Source of the DNA: Octopus vulgaris
Taxonomy: Eukaryota
Reading direction: 5' to 3'
Length of the DNA stretch: 64,000 bases
Assembly (NCBI GenBank): GCA_951406725.2
Contig: OX597823.1
Coordinates: 75,392,001 to 75,456,000 of the forward strand
The translations under genes were made by a program, and so were the position numbers. The notes beneath the pieces were generated by a model that was given only the letters and a program-made list of their open reading frames with translations, ran no database searches and was not told the origin of the DNA. Numbering within the stretch: the first letter of the stretch is position 1; each line of letters opens with the position of its first letter. Below are positions 13,993-26,579 of this stretch, one piece after another.

Positions 13993-16608
13993 TCACACAG
14001 TTCACAAGCGGACGGTCCGTCAGAAGATATTTGTCGTAGATTTCTTTCTAATATTTCTGAGACTAAATTTTGCTTCATGTTTCTCTGTGAGCTAAAGCAC
14101 GCTGAACAAAATTTTTAGCTGCATATCGTTTATTTTTACTTAGTGAAATACTAACAAAATATACCCTTTAACATTCAACAAAGTAAAGAGTAAAAAAAAT
14201 CATTTGATAATGTTTTAAAAACGAACAAATGATAAAATTATTTCACGCTGGAATTGATTTTCTTATCAATTTGACTTGTCACAAGGGATTGAAGTCTAAA
14301 TAAGAAACTGATTATAAAATTTTTGAACTTCCGTAAAAAGAAACAATAATTACGGTTTGTATAGTATTGCAACATAATTCAGATTAAGTTGCAGTCCGTT
14401 CCATAGTATTCGTAGTTGAGGATAAATATATTCATAATTTTGCCTGTTATTAACTTACATATTTATCTGAATGTATCTGTTGCAGCTCAATGAATAATGG
14501 ATTCCTTACGCGTGTGAGTAGACATGCATTTTTATTAGGTGCAAATAACGTAGAGTTGAGGAAATTATACCGGAGAAGACTTTACAAACACAGAAACAAA
14601 TATAAGTATCCAGCATTTATAAGTGAAAAGAAGCATCTGGGTTTCAATACCTTCAGTGCATAGTGTCAGAATTTGTAATCTAATCGTGACCGAATGAAAC
14701 TCTTGTGGTGATATATAAATGAAATAACACGTTGCTCTACACACCGACATATATTACGCATGTTCGAACACCATTTATAGTGTTTCGATTATTAAGACAA
14801 AAGACAAGGTCTCAAACAATCATTTCATAGCTGAACAGGAATTTAAAAAAAATGAATCGGTGCTACATCATTAGCAAATATATCCTAGTTAAATGAAATA
14901 TATCATAACTAACATTTCTAGAAATATATATAAGTATATACAGATCATATATAAATGCCATGAAAAGCAAATACACAAATGTAATAAATATATACTCTAA
15001 AATACATCTGCTGTATATGATAGATTCTTCATTTGTGTTTCAAGATTCATACACACGCACCATACATGCTCATACATATATTTCCATACATCGGGATATG
15101 GAACAGCTTCTTTTGTAGACTTCATAACGACTCCATGATGTTTTTCTGCACGCTTATTTGGTATCGGCAAAAGTTTTTTGAAAAAAATGAATTCATCAAA
15201 CACAATATAAAATTATTTTGGACACATGTGGTGGCGTAAATCTGTCATAGAAAAAGTTGATTATATAATCATGACCCTAAATTGAACTGTCTACCATTTT
15301 CAAATTTCTAGTTACAATTATTCTATATTCAATTAATATATACTCATTACCTATGAAATAAAATTGTGGTGCGAGCATACACACTCACACATACATACAT
15401 ATATGTGTACACAGTCACTTATATATACATATACTTATATGTACTAATCAGTATATGAATTCACAGAGTTAGTAACAATTTGGTAGAATTATTAATCGTT
15501 AGACCATTAAGACTAAATAATATCGATATATTCCGCACATCATGAAAAATCGCGTATTATATTGTGAGTGTCCTAAATTTCTAAATCCTACATGCTTATG
15601 TACGAATTCCTTTAGATTCATAACCTGAAAGAGAAATTTGAACTATTGGAAGACTTAATTATTGTTAATTGTGAGAAAAAAATGTAACTGGACGGTCCTG
15701 GTCAATTGCATATTGGTTTATAAATAATGCTTAAGGAATGGAATAAAGATGGAATGTTCGATCGAACTCATTGGCTTTCTCGGAAGCTTTAAAGGCATGT
15801 TCCGCATTTCATGCAATTTCTGGTTTATTTGTAGATTATGCCCGGAATTGCTTCTTTTATTTGAGATTGCCCTACATTCAGTTGCATATAAGTTAGGCAA
15901 TCGCGTATAAATTCTGTTCTTTTGACTAATTATCAATTTTGCGACATGTTTATCATCAGTGTCCCAAAAAACATTAAGATTTCAGTAGATTCATAATGAA
16001 CTTCTTGTTTTCGCTCTGCTTCTGAAATACACACTGTAGTTACATATAACAAAAGTTACACATAACAAAAGAGTATTTAACATGAGCTACTTCAAAATTA
16101 ATTACAGCTGTACCCATAAAAAGAAAAGCATTATAGCACACGGGCTAAGGGAACTAACAAAAACTAGCAGCATGGAGTAAAGTGACGTCACCTGACCATT
16201 TAGAAATATATGTAATAAAAAATTATCGCTATCTAAAAACTAAACACACTCAACCCCCAAATAGATAGTGTAGAATAAAATTGTCGATTTACACCTGATG
16301 TTTAAACGATGTACAACGGTGAATCGAATATTTATTGGAACAATATTCAGGGAAATAAAGTATAGGAAAATGATTCAAACGGACAGCCGTAAAGATGCTA
16401 ATCTTGATTAACGAGATTAATTCTCAATCTTTTCTAAATATAGCTTTATGTTCAGAAGTGTGTATGTATGTATCTATATATGTACGCATATCCACACCAT
16501 ATGCCACACGCATATACGTACACACATGCACACACACACTCACACACACTCAAATACACATGGTCCTTCTCTGACACACACACACATGCACACGTATACA
16601 TCATACTA

Positions 16609-16639
<31 letters not shown>

Positions 16640-17171
16640 TTATATATATGTAACTCACTCTTACATACGAACGATTTGTATTTGTAGGAGAGTCTGTACG
16701 CCATAATTTACATTGGTATGTTTAGTATAGTATATATAGATACAAAGACATAAACAGCTATCTCATGAAATTCATTAGCTTATATCTGTTTCTGCTATAC
16801 AATGCAGTTGACTCATAGCTCTGTGCTGAAGTAGCCCCTTATAACTTTATCAGAGCCTCAACATTGACATGCAATTTATTTTGGAAAATAATTACAGTTA
16901 TGTTTATATATAGGAAAAAGTATTATCCAAGAGAAAGTAAATGCAAATCGGGGCGATGAAAACCAAGGGATCCTCTCATAAATGGAATAAGATTAATTTT
17001 AAGAAGTGAATAAATTCGGGTTTATATGGAGTTATAGAAAGGGTGCTTAGATCTAACAGTATAACAGTAAATGTACACACAAACATATACACACATATAC
17101 ATATATAATCCATACAAATAGCAGCACATGTACTGACAGATAACACATACACACACACACACATACACAGA

Positions 17172-17640
17172 GACAATACACAGCTTTTAGGGTTTTGTAG
17201 AAACTCATGTAGTCGCTAGTGTCAGTGCTAAGTTGAGTCCATGTTGGCAGGTCCTTCCGGCTCTTATTTCGGATCTCACGAGTTTTGTACTCTATATTGC
17301 ACAAATAAGCCAGACGGATGCATTCTTTCCAGGGCAATACGTGTCCGTAAGATGAGTCCGGTGTGCACGTAGTTTCTGGAACTCTTGTTTATTTCCATGG
17401 AAGCAGATCTTGTGTTTTCGTAAAGAAACCGAATACCTCCTCCAAGGTTTCGCATGATAGCTGTTTACATGTGTTCCCGGAGCACTTCAGTGGGAGGTGA
17501 GGCGGTTGTGAGGAAACGGGTCTCTTCGAACTTTAACTGGATGTTTTCCAGGAAAATAGTTTTCATTTCACATGACAGCAGTGTCTCACCTTGAGACGCA
17601 ACTTCCCCCACATTTGTGCTCCATTACTCTCGGCCCTGAG
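17172..17640 (-). mobile_element. RTE-clade LINE fragment (endonuclease-RT linker), degraded
   Basis: Translated pieces KHKICFHGNKQEFQKL and KTREIRNK..TQLSTDTSDYMSFYKTLKAVY resemble the RTE linker (KNxDWFDEN..; ADxGDxRGFYEALKAVYG). Confidence 0.7.
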
Positions 17641-17689
17641 TTCGAAGTCAGTTAACGGAAATAAACTCCCTCTATCAAGCTACACATCA

Positions 17690-18235
17690 ACAAGAATACC
17701 ACCCAACAACACCGTTAATGAGGAGACTGAACTAAAGACAGTTCACTTATCTAAAATGCATAATCTCATCCGATGCCAAAATCGGCAAAGAAGTTATAAA
17801 TGAATAGCTAAGCCAAACAGTATATTCGGGAGATGTTAGGAAACAGTCTGGACTATTAAACATTTGAAGAAAGGGAATAAGGTTAGTGCATACAGAGCTG
17901 TCGTTCAGACCACCCACTTGCTGCCTCAGAGTCGTGGGTCGTCCTTTTGGCACTCCCTCTAGCCTTTATAAGGGTGAGACTTCGAACTCTTTTCTACAAC
18001 AACTAAGATTCCTTGGGTGACACCATCAATAATGCCTCCGAAAAGTCCTCAGCATCCACTGGACCTGTAGATCAGATGATGTTCACCAGCATTAAAGCAT
18101 CTCTGGAGAAGACACAGCAACACTGGGCAGGAGACATTGCTAAGATGGGGTATCATTGATTTCTGAAAATCACTCTATATGACGAGAACTTCTTTGGTAA
18201 CCGTAAATGAGAAAAACCAAATAAGAGGAACCTTC
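17690..18235 (+). mobile_element. RTE-clade LINE fragment (RT C-terminus), degraded
   Basis: FTYLKCIISSDAKIGKEV..AKPNSIFGR..VWTIKHLKKGNKVSAYRAVV..SESWV and TQQHWAGDIAKM..KITLYDE match RTE FxYLG..DxEV..VYRAVV..QLRWAGHVxRM. Confidence 0.85.
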
Positions 18236-18334
18236 GACACTCAAAACTTGACGATCATGTTCACGTAATTGACGAGAAATTCTTCAGAACCGAAAATTTT
18301 TATATGTTGTCTGTATAATCATTTCTAGTAAATA

Positions 18335-18531
18335 CTCAAGGTCTGCAATTTTGTGGGAAAGGACGAACTGATTACATCAACTCCAATGCTTCACTGGTAC
18401 TTAATTTATCGACCCCGAAAGGATGAAAGGCAAAGTCTACCTCGGCAGTATTTGAAATCAGAACGTACTGATTGACAAAATGCTGCTAAGTATTCTGCCT
18501 GGCTTACTTAACGATTCTACAGGCTCGCCGC
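18335..18531 (-). mobile_element. SINE, family A (alternative tail)
   Basis: tggtacttaatttatcgaccccgaaaggatgaaaggcaaagtc. Confidence 0.85.
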
Positions 18532-18984
18532 TTTATATTTGTATAATGATGCATCATACTCTCTAATCATCACACTTCAGCAATGTTGTGGCATAAACAG
18601 GCTGCTTATCACGATGGCATTATGATTATACGTCTACATAACATTTATCAATGTATTGTGAACGAATCCAGGGTATATTATATGTGCGTGTTATAAATGC
18701 GTATATATATATATATATATTTGTACATGAAAATTAAAATATACTTCGTACAGAAACTTGTTTAAATGAACCACATTAAGTGTAGGGAAATTCTAAATGA
18801 AAGTTTGTATTGTGATAAGTATGTAAGAATCTACGTAGGAGATTTTACCGTTATATTTCTTGGCGTATGGACTATGTTGAACATTGATTAGTAATAAACT
18901 ATACTCATATATTCCTGCTGGGAAACAAAAATTGACCATAACAGAAATTGGCGTATTTTGAACACAGGGTGTGTGTATGTGTAC

Positions 18985-19036
<52 letters not shown>

Positions 19037-19352
19037 ATATATGATGTACTATATCTATATGTATCATCAATGAATTTATAACCTTTCACCAATATTATTT
19101 GAATGCAGCGTTTTGCAAACACACATATGTACGAAGATCACTACGTAGACAGAAGTGCGTGTGCTTTCGTGTGCGCATGTGTTCGTGTGTAAACACACAT
19201 ACATACAAATACACAGTTACATACATTTAGACAAACACTTACATAGACGTATTCACACAAACTAATACGTATAGTAAATATACATATAGTTTCATATATG
19301 CCCGTATATAGAGAGATATGCATTTATATATAATCAATTTACATATGCATAT

Positions 19353-19441
<89 letters not shown>

Positions 19442-20684
19442 TATGTATGCTTGCATACATATATGAAACAGGGAGTGAATGAGAGAAAGGAGAAAGAAAG
19501 AGAAAGTATGAAGGAGGTGAGAGTTAAAGTGAGATAGAAAACCGATGGTCTTCTTCGTGGACATGGTCTGCTAATTTTCCCTTCCAAATTATTAATCAAC
19601 TCGAGGTGACAACAGAATTCTCTTGTGCAGTGGGATGGAAATCATCACCAAATAAATCAAACAATAAATATTTGTTTAAACATTTCATTAACAAAACATA
19701 TACACATCTAGAAGAATATCGACTCATTAGATCTGTAGTATCAAATTGAAATTTAATATTGCCAGATATATTTCAACTGCCTTCGAATTTCTACCCTTAC
19801 AGGACCTATTGTGTGTCACTAAAAGAAAACTGGAACACAGCAATCAGGATGCCAATGAGCTTGAAGAAGTGAACCGTGTTCCTTCAAGTGTTACCGGTAA
19901 TATCTCTCCGAAAAGTTCTTACTTTTTAAGCGTGCAAAAACAATTATCAGAATCGGCTTTTCAGAGCCCTAACTAGACAAAGTCATCTTTTCTTACCCAT
20001 CAAAGAAAGCGAAACGTCAATACTTGGCTGACGAGCCCATTGACAAGGTATGTCACGCAATCTCATTGTGTATTGAAGCCAGTTGCTGTGGTTTGCAACT
20101 AGTTCGTTGCTATAATGATCTCAAGCTAGCAGAACGGCGGGGAGCTTGCCAATGTATACGCAGAGAAGATGAACCAATTTAAAGGTGGCTGTGCTTAACA
20201 AGGCGCGCAGGCAAAAAATAATTCAGTCCTATTCTGACTATGAAATTCTTGCTGATGATGCAGAATACTTAATCACTGCTGAATTCTTTTTCACTGTTCC
20301 TTTATTCTGGCTTGGCGTATTGATTGAAGATATGCTATGTATTTGAGTTTTATAATAATACATCATCAGTTACTACTGAAGATTTATTTAGTTAATGGTG
20401 AAACTTCGAGATTTAGAAATAACTGATCATTTTTTACTTTTTCCCAATAGTCTTGCCTGCATGCATTCAACGTGCAATAAATGAGAATGTGTTTTTCGTA
20501 GTTTGGAGATTTGATATCTCCTTTCAGCATGCAAGGAAACCACGTTGTGGTTCTCCTCTTAGTGTGTAATTTATACACACTTATACATATATAAAAATAT
20601 TTTATGGTCTACGGAGAAGTTTTACGCATGCTGGCCACTGGTAAATTGTTATTTTCAAAGATTTCTCGCATTTATATATATATA

Positions 20685-20721
<37 letters not shown>

Positions 20722-21194
20722 AACACGTAAATACTGAACAGTATACATAAAGGATAATATCCTTGTAAGAGCAGAAAATGTTATATATAGTGTCCAGTGA
20801 TTACGTGTTGAATACAAATTCATCTTTTTATTTGATCTACAATACATTTCAACGCTTCAAAAACAAACTTATGCGTGTGTACATATAACACAATCTGGAT
20901 CACTTTATAACTTCTAAAATTGCAGCAAAAATTTCCGGTCGGCAGTTTGGTTTAAAGTGTAGAGCTCTCTAACTGGATAGTCGAGAGGTGTGAGTTCGGT
21001 CCCCGTGGCTGGCAGCCGGCAAATGTTTCTGCTCTTAAAATGATTTTATCATTTATATTTATTGTTGAGTGTTGGAAAAAAATAATCTTTCTACTTGTCC
21101 TACAATACATTTCATTCCTTCAAAAACGTACTTATGTTTGTCTATATGTGATGTAACACACACACACATATATATGTATACGTACATATGTATA

Positions 21195-21681
21195 CACTTA
21201 GGTCGGAAATTAATTAGCACTTCTCAAATTTCTACATTTTCTTACATTTTCTTAATTTAATTAACTTATTATCAGAAATGAACTCGTTTTTAATCAAAAA
21301 TTTATTAAAACATATCCCAGCACACCACATAATTGTTATTAATCGTGAAATTTAGTCAATATATTGTTGCTCCTCCTTTGGCAGCAATGACAGCTGCTAC
21401 GCGGGTCGGCATGCTGTCTATGAGTGCCTGCAGGTACTGTGCAGGGATGGCCCCTCATGCAGCAAGAAGTGCCCCAAACAGCTCGTGTCGGTTCCTGTAT
21501 TGCTGCACATTCAAATCCCTACCCAATCGACTCCAGAGGTTCTCAATAGGGTTCAGGTCAGGTAAACGTACTTTGCGGCGTTGATGTAGCTGTAGCTGAA
21601 CGCCCCTCACACCATCAGACCACCCCCACCATGCTTCATGGTGAGCAAGTCAAGGGTGCTAATTAATTTCTGACGGTAATG
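21195..21681 (-). mobile_element. Internally deleted Tc1-like DNA transposon
   Basis: Terminal inverted repeats cacttaggtcggaaattaattagcac / gtgctaattaatttctgacggtaatg, flanked by TA. The minus strand encodes KHGGGGLMV and PDLNPIENLW...LIDSMPTRVAAVIAAKGGATIY*. Confidence 0.92.
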
Positions 21682-21944
21682 TATGTGTGTGAAAGACTGT
21701 GACAGAGTGTGTGTGTGTATTTGTGTGTCTGTGTTATTCACAGTGTTCTGCCGTCATGCCCTGTATTTTTGGTAAATTCTTTATGCTTAAGCGATGCATT
21801 TTATGCTCTATTAAATCCTAACTAGCATTATATGTTTTCTGTTTTGAATATCGACTGTACTGTGATTAGAGGAATTTATAAATGTTTTACGCAAAGAGGC
21901 GCAATGATTATTTGGACGAAAGTTGCGATAACATTTGAATTTCA

Positions 21945-22500
21945 GATATTTAAAAAAAAACTCTAATCTCCTTCGAAGTACGTTCTTTTGATTTCGTAGC
22001 ACTCAACCCAATTGTGAAGGTTACATAGAAAAGTCCTCTTGAATGAAGGTGTCCAGGACCCCTGTCGCAGAATCCTTCATCACAATATCTACAAATGGAC
22101 TTCCACTGGTTATCTTTCAGCAGGGAGGAATAATCGAAATCACAGGCGGCAAGATCTGGTCTGAAGGATGTTTCCATTAGGTATTCTGTCGTTTGGTTGG
22201 TGGGTCATAGCAGCAGATTTGTTCTGAGAACCTTGGGCATAAACTTTACACATATTTCGCTCACGTTCAGGTCTTCATATATAATTATATCCACAGTTTT
22301 CACACCAACTCCAAAATATAATCTTATTGATTTTATAACCACACAACGATCTTCATCCAGAAAATTACAAATTTTCTCAACTGGTTCTGATGTTCTTACG
22401 TTGTTCACCCTCCCACACATCACATCACGCCTCACCTCTTCTCTACCGTTCCATAATCATTGTGGTACATTTCATGTTTTTGTAGATGTAGTTGCCCTGT
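21945..22500 (-). mobile_element. mariner transposase remnant
   Basis: EDRCV..FGVG..IIYEDLNVSEICVKFMPKVL (WVP-like motif) and RPDLAACDF (YSPDLAPxD-like). Confidence 0.8.
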
Positions 22501-24030
22501 TTAGTACAAATCTTTATTGTATAGAGAGTTACCAAATAATCTACACATTTTGAAGGTATTCTACAAACAAGTCAGCTGGTATGAAATGTATAAGTCAAAT
22601 TTGAATGAAGATTATTGGCAGGTAAGCTTAGTAGATGTATATTTATCATTTGCTAAACTTACAATAATCTAGGACACATAACTTCTCCTCTTAAAAATGT
22701 TTAATCATTTCTGGAATGCACTTCTTGATAGAAGAAATCTATTTATTCCTAATTGTAGACTAATGATATACTATATAATTTCATCCTTGAGAGAACATTT
22801 TAGAAGAAGAACAGTTCAATTTTCTACTCATATTTGATTTGATGAATTTAATGGCAACAGAAATGACTGAAGATAAATTTCGGGATCTTCAGTGTTCTTG
22901 GTTACACATAGTCAATGAATGTGTACTTTTCGACTGCGAAAAATAATCAGTATTTTCAGAAAGTATACATATGTTGTCATGCTATTCAAAACGCCCCAAC
23001 GAATAAAAATATTTAGAACTTTTTGTGCGCAACTTGGAACTAGTTAGCGTGATTGACGCTTAAATTCTTATTTGTCATTCTAGCAATTTATTTTTATCGA
23101 CAATCAATTCCAAATATATTATTGATATTCATTATCCTATGAAGGATAAGCAATGATCTCACTACGCAAGGATTCAACACCGAATGCGCTGTAACGAGGA
23201 TATGGTGCCCAGTCTCTCTAATACTTTCATTAAATAATTACCTCTGGCTGCCCAGATGTAAAGAACAGATCTTATTTATTTCTATTGACCACTTATATTT
23301 CAGCTAATTGTATCATTTCCAGAGAGAGGTATCGCAAAGTCTGGCACACTTAAGAATTAAACTTCAGTACGTAAAACCTCATACTGCATCCTATTTGACA
23401 TTATTATATTGGTAGTGAGAAAACGGAGTTTCATATAATTTTGTAGGATAATTTGTTTTCTCTTGAAAATTACTTTTAAAAGAGACTAATAATTACAAAT
23501 TATAATTTCAATTAATTAATGTGAGAATACACATGTGCCTGTGAGCATGTGTGTGTCTGTGTGCGTGCGCCTGCGTGGGTACAGACATGCAAGCTGGGAT
23601 GATTGTGTGTCTTAGCTCATCGTCTGTTGCAACATAACCTGTTTTGACTTTTGATGCTACAAGTTCGGTTAAAACATAACTCATCAGAATTTGATTAACA
23701 GACAGTCTATCGCAAAATGTTGTTATAAGTGATAAAACGGAATGCTGCAATGTTAATTTTAACATGATAAAATGTCATCCGGTTTTTATGGTATCACTTT
23801 GTTAGCGCTTATTAAATTTCTAATTAAGACAAATTAACGCGATACGCTACACATTTTAAAAACATCATCTATCCGTTTTTTTAAAAATATTCTACATTGA
23901 ATACGCTTCTATTATGAAAGACAATATCGCAAATTTTTTTCATTATATTTGCATTTACTGCTGCTTTATTTTACACACCTCTGTCAAAAACAAATAAGCC
24001 AATCGTTAAACATTATTTTCTTTCAATAAA

Positions 24031-24465
24031 GCGGCGAGCTGGCACAATGGTTAGCACGCCAGGCGTAATGATTAGCGTCATTTCGTCTGCCGCTACGTTC
24101 TGAGTTCAAATTCCACCAGGTCGACTTTGCTTCTCATATTTTCGGGATTGATAAATTAAGTACCAGTGGAACCACGGGGTGAATGTAATCGAAACGTCTC
24201 TTACCCCAACTTTCAGCTCTCGTGCCTTTGGTAGAAACGATTATTTTCTTTTAGTAAGGCGGTGAGCAAGTAGAATAATTAATACGCACGACATGATGAT
24301 TGGTGGGATTTCATCCGTCTTTACGATGTGAGTTCAAATTGCACAGAGGTCGACTTTGTCTTTTATCATTTCGGAGTCGATGAAAAAAGTACAAGTTGAA
24401 CCCCGGAGTAGATGTAATCGGATATCCCTTTCCCCAAAAATGACAGGCTTTGTGCCTAAAATAGA
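24031..24465 (+). mobile_element. Two tandem family A SINEs (24031-24245 and 24258-24465)
   Basis: Two gcg..gagc head / gagttcaaatt / ggtcgactttg units. Confidence 0.85.
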
Positions 24466-24937
24466 TGGATTTTCTTTTTCTTTTTATGCCTTATTTACAT
24501 ATCCCAGTGCATATTGAAACTAATTTTTTATTTTGCCTCTACAGAAAACAGTTGAAGGAAAAGCCAGCACTGGCTACATCTGCAAACCAAAATATATGTA
24601 GATATTGAAACTGAACAAATATTGTGTATAAGGGGCATATTGACAAGGCAATATTGCATTGAATCTGCAGTATTTCAAATTTAGCCTAACGGGCGAAAAT
24701 GCTCCGTTGCTTGTCACAGACACCATTTTAAACATCGGTTACTAACAATCAATGCCATCGCCCCATGACCTGAAAAATTCACATCTATTGCAATAGACAA
24801 TCGATTGATTCAGTCGAGGTCGAGTTGACTTCCTTAATTTCGAGCTATCATTGATGTGGATATGAAAATTATTCGTTTGTACAGACTTTATTTTAATTCA
24901 TAAAAAATTGTATTTAATATATTGGAATTGGTAAACT

Positions 24938-25075
24938 GCGGTGAGCTGGCAGAACAGTTAGTGCGCCGGGCAAAATGCTTTGCAGCATTTCTTTCATCTT
25001 TCCTTTCTGAGTTCAAATTACCCTGAGGTAGTATTTTCATTTCATCATTTCCGACCGTATGCTAAAATTTGAAAT
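24938..25075 (+). mobile_element. SINE, family A, partial
   Basis: gcggtgagctggcagaacagttagtgcgccgggcaaaatgc. Confidence 0.75.
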
Positions 25076-26499
25076 CGATTTGTAATTATTAAAGAACAAA
25101 ATAAGGTCAAAGGAAAATAAACGCCGGTCAGGTCTACATTCCGCATGTAAGGATATAGAGCCAAAGAGATTAAATTAAATGTCCTAATATTTAGTCACTG
25201 AATCTCATTTTGTTCCTTAATAACAATGATTTTTCTGTGTCATGCCACAAAAAGGAAACGAATGGAAAATCATTTCAGTGCAATACTGTCTGAGTCACCT
25301 GTGCAGTATTCTTCGAAAGTTATTAATTCTTTGTTACACATTATGAAATGATTTGTTTGATCAAGTGGTGTCAATGAAATTTTATATATCTATGTCTAAT
25401 CTGTCTGCAATGCCTTTATGGTGTGACGTCTTTGACAATCATATTTGCATTTTTCTCAGCGAAATAAACATTCTAATTGACATTAATAAAATTGAATCAC
25501 GTGGTCTATTTTCAGCATAATCATTGTTCTATTACAATAACTTATATTTCTAACGGCAAAATATAGTCGAATACATTTAATCCCCTATATGTCTTTGCTA
25601 GCAGAAACGTATGGATCCCATAATTGAGAAAATATTTAGGCATTACGGAACCAAACATCTGTAAATTCTGAGTTTTCAAACGAATTGATCTGCAAAATTA
25701 GAATACGTACCAGTTTCACATGCGATCTTGTCGATAATTTACGTGTGTTATTCGAATAAAGAAAAAGTGACATCGACTAAATTGATTAAAATACGTTACT
25801 GGTATATATGTTATCAAAGCTATTTTATCAAAACGAGAGTTGGATAAATAAGTTTTTATCTCAGATATCAAAGACCTTAAGTATTATAACATATAACTAA
25901 TAAATAGTTCTGTGCTCAAGTCTACTACCACAGGAAATATAGTGATGTATTTCAATAACGGCTAAGCGTATCTTTTAGAGATATGTATATATCGAGCCTT
26001 AAATTTAGGGTAATATTTTTGAGCATTACTTTAATTTGCCTGTTCCTAAAGTACGTGTGATCTGAATGGAGATGTATTACTGAACCATCTTGAAACTGTG
26101 TGGACAAAACAGAAGTTTGAACTACAGATACAACAGTTGGAAAAAAATACAAATTGAGCAAATGAAGAATCAACATTTGTAATAGAGTGGAACAATCTTT
26201 TACTAATGCAATATGATGAAATACAAAACTCACAACGGCATCATATAAATGTAGGCTGAAGTAAACCGGCATGAATACTGAGAAACATTCTATTCAACTC
26301 TCTGTTTAAGATGTCAATATGCCAGAATCCACTTGTAGTGAATAGAATTCAAGAATTAGTATTGTCATATATTCCCAAGAAGGCAACAGTTTACAAATAC
26401 CATGATGGACAAAATCGTGACATTTGTTGTGAATTCCTTTAATATATGTATATTTATATGTATATCCTTCGTTCAAATTAATATTATATATCAGGTAAT

Positions 26500-26566
26500 T
26501 TCTTGCTTCCGAACCACATGGCTCCGGTTTGAGTCCCACTGCGTGGCACCATTAGCAAGTGTCTTC
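26500..26566 (+). mobile_element. SINE, family B head
   Basis: cttgcttccgaaccacatggctccggtttgagtcccactgcgtggcacc. Confidence 0.75.
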
Positions 26567-26579
26567 TTAAACACTTAAC

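Larger units (their letters stand above)
19803..26157 (+). pseudogene. Candidate spliced gene remnant of unknown product; putative exons 19803-20047, 22556-22621, 24545-24647 and 26052-26157
   Basis: Acceptors cccttacAG, cattttgaAG, ttttgcctctacAG and gttcctaaAG. Donors AAG|GTATGT and CAG|GTAAGC; the third is AAG|GCAATA. The 66-bp exon is open in phase 0-0 (VFYKQVSWYEMYKSNLNEDYWQ). Exons 1 and 3 each need one frameshift. Confidence 0.4.

Noticed and set aside
20006-20036. GAAACGTC...CTGACGA resembling a permuted (type II) hammerhead
   Set aside because: Stem II is only 2 bp and stem I cannot form; probably chance, and it lies within a candidate exon
20941-21020. tRNA-like segment (gagttcggtcccc)
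   Set aside because: No complete cloverleaf; more likely a decayed SINE head
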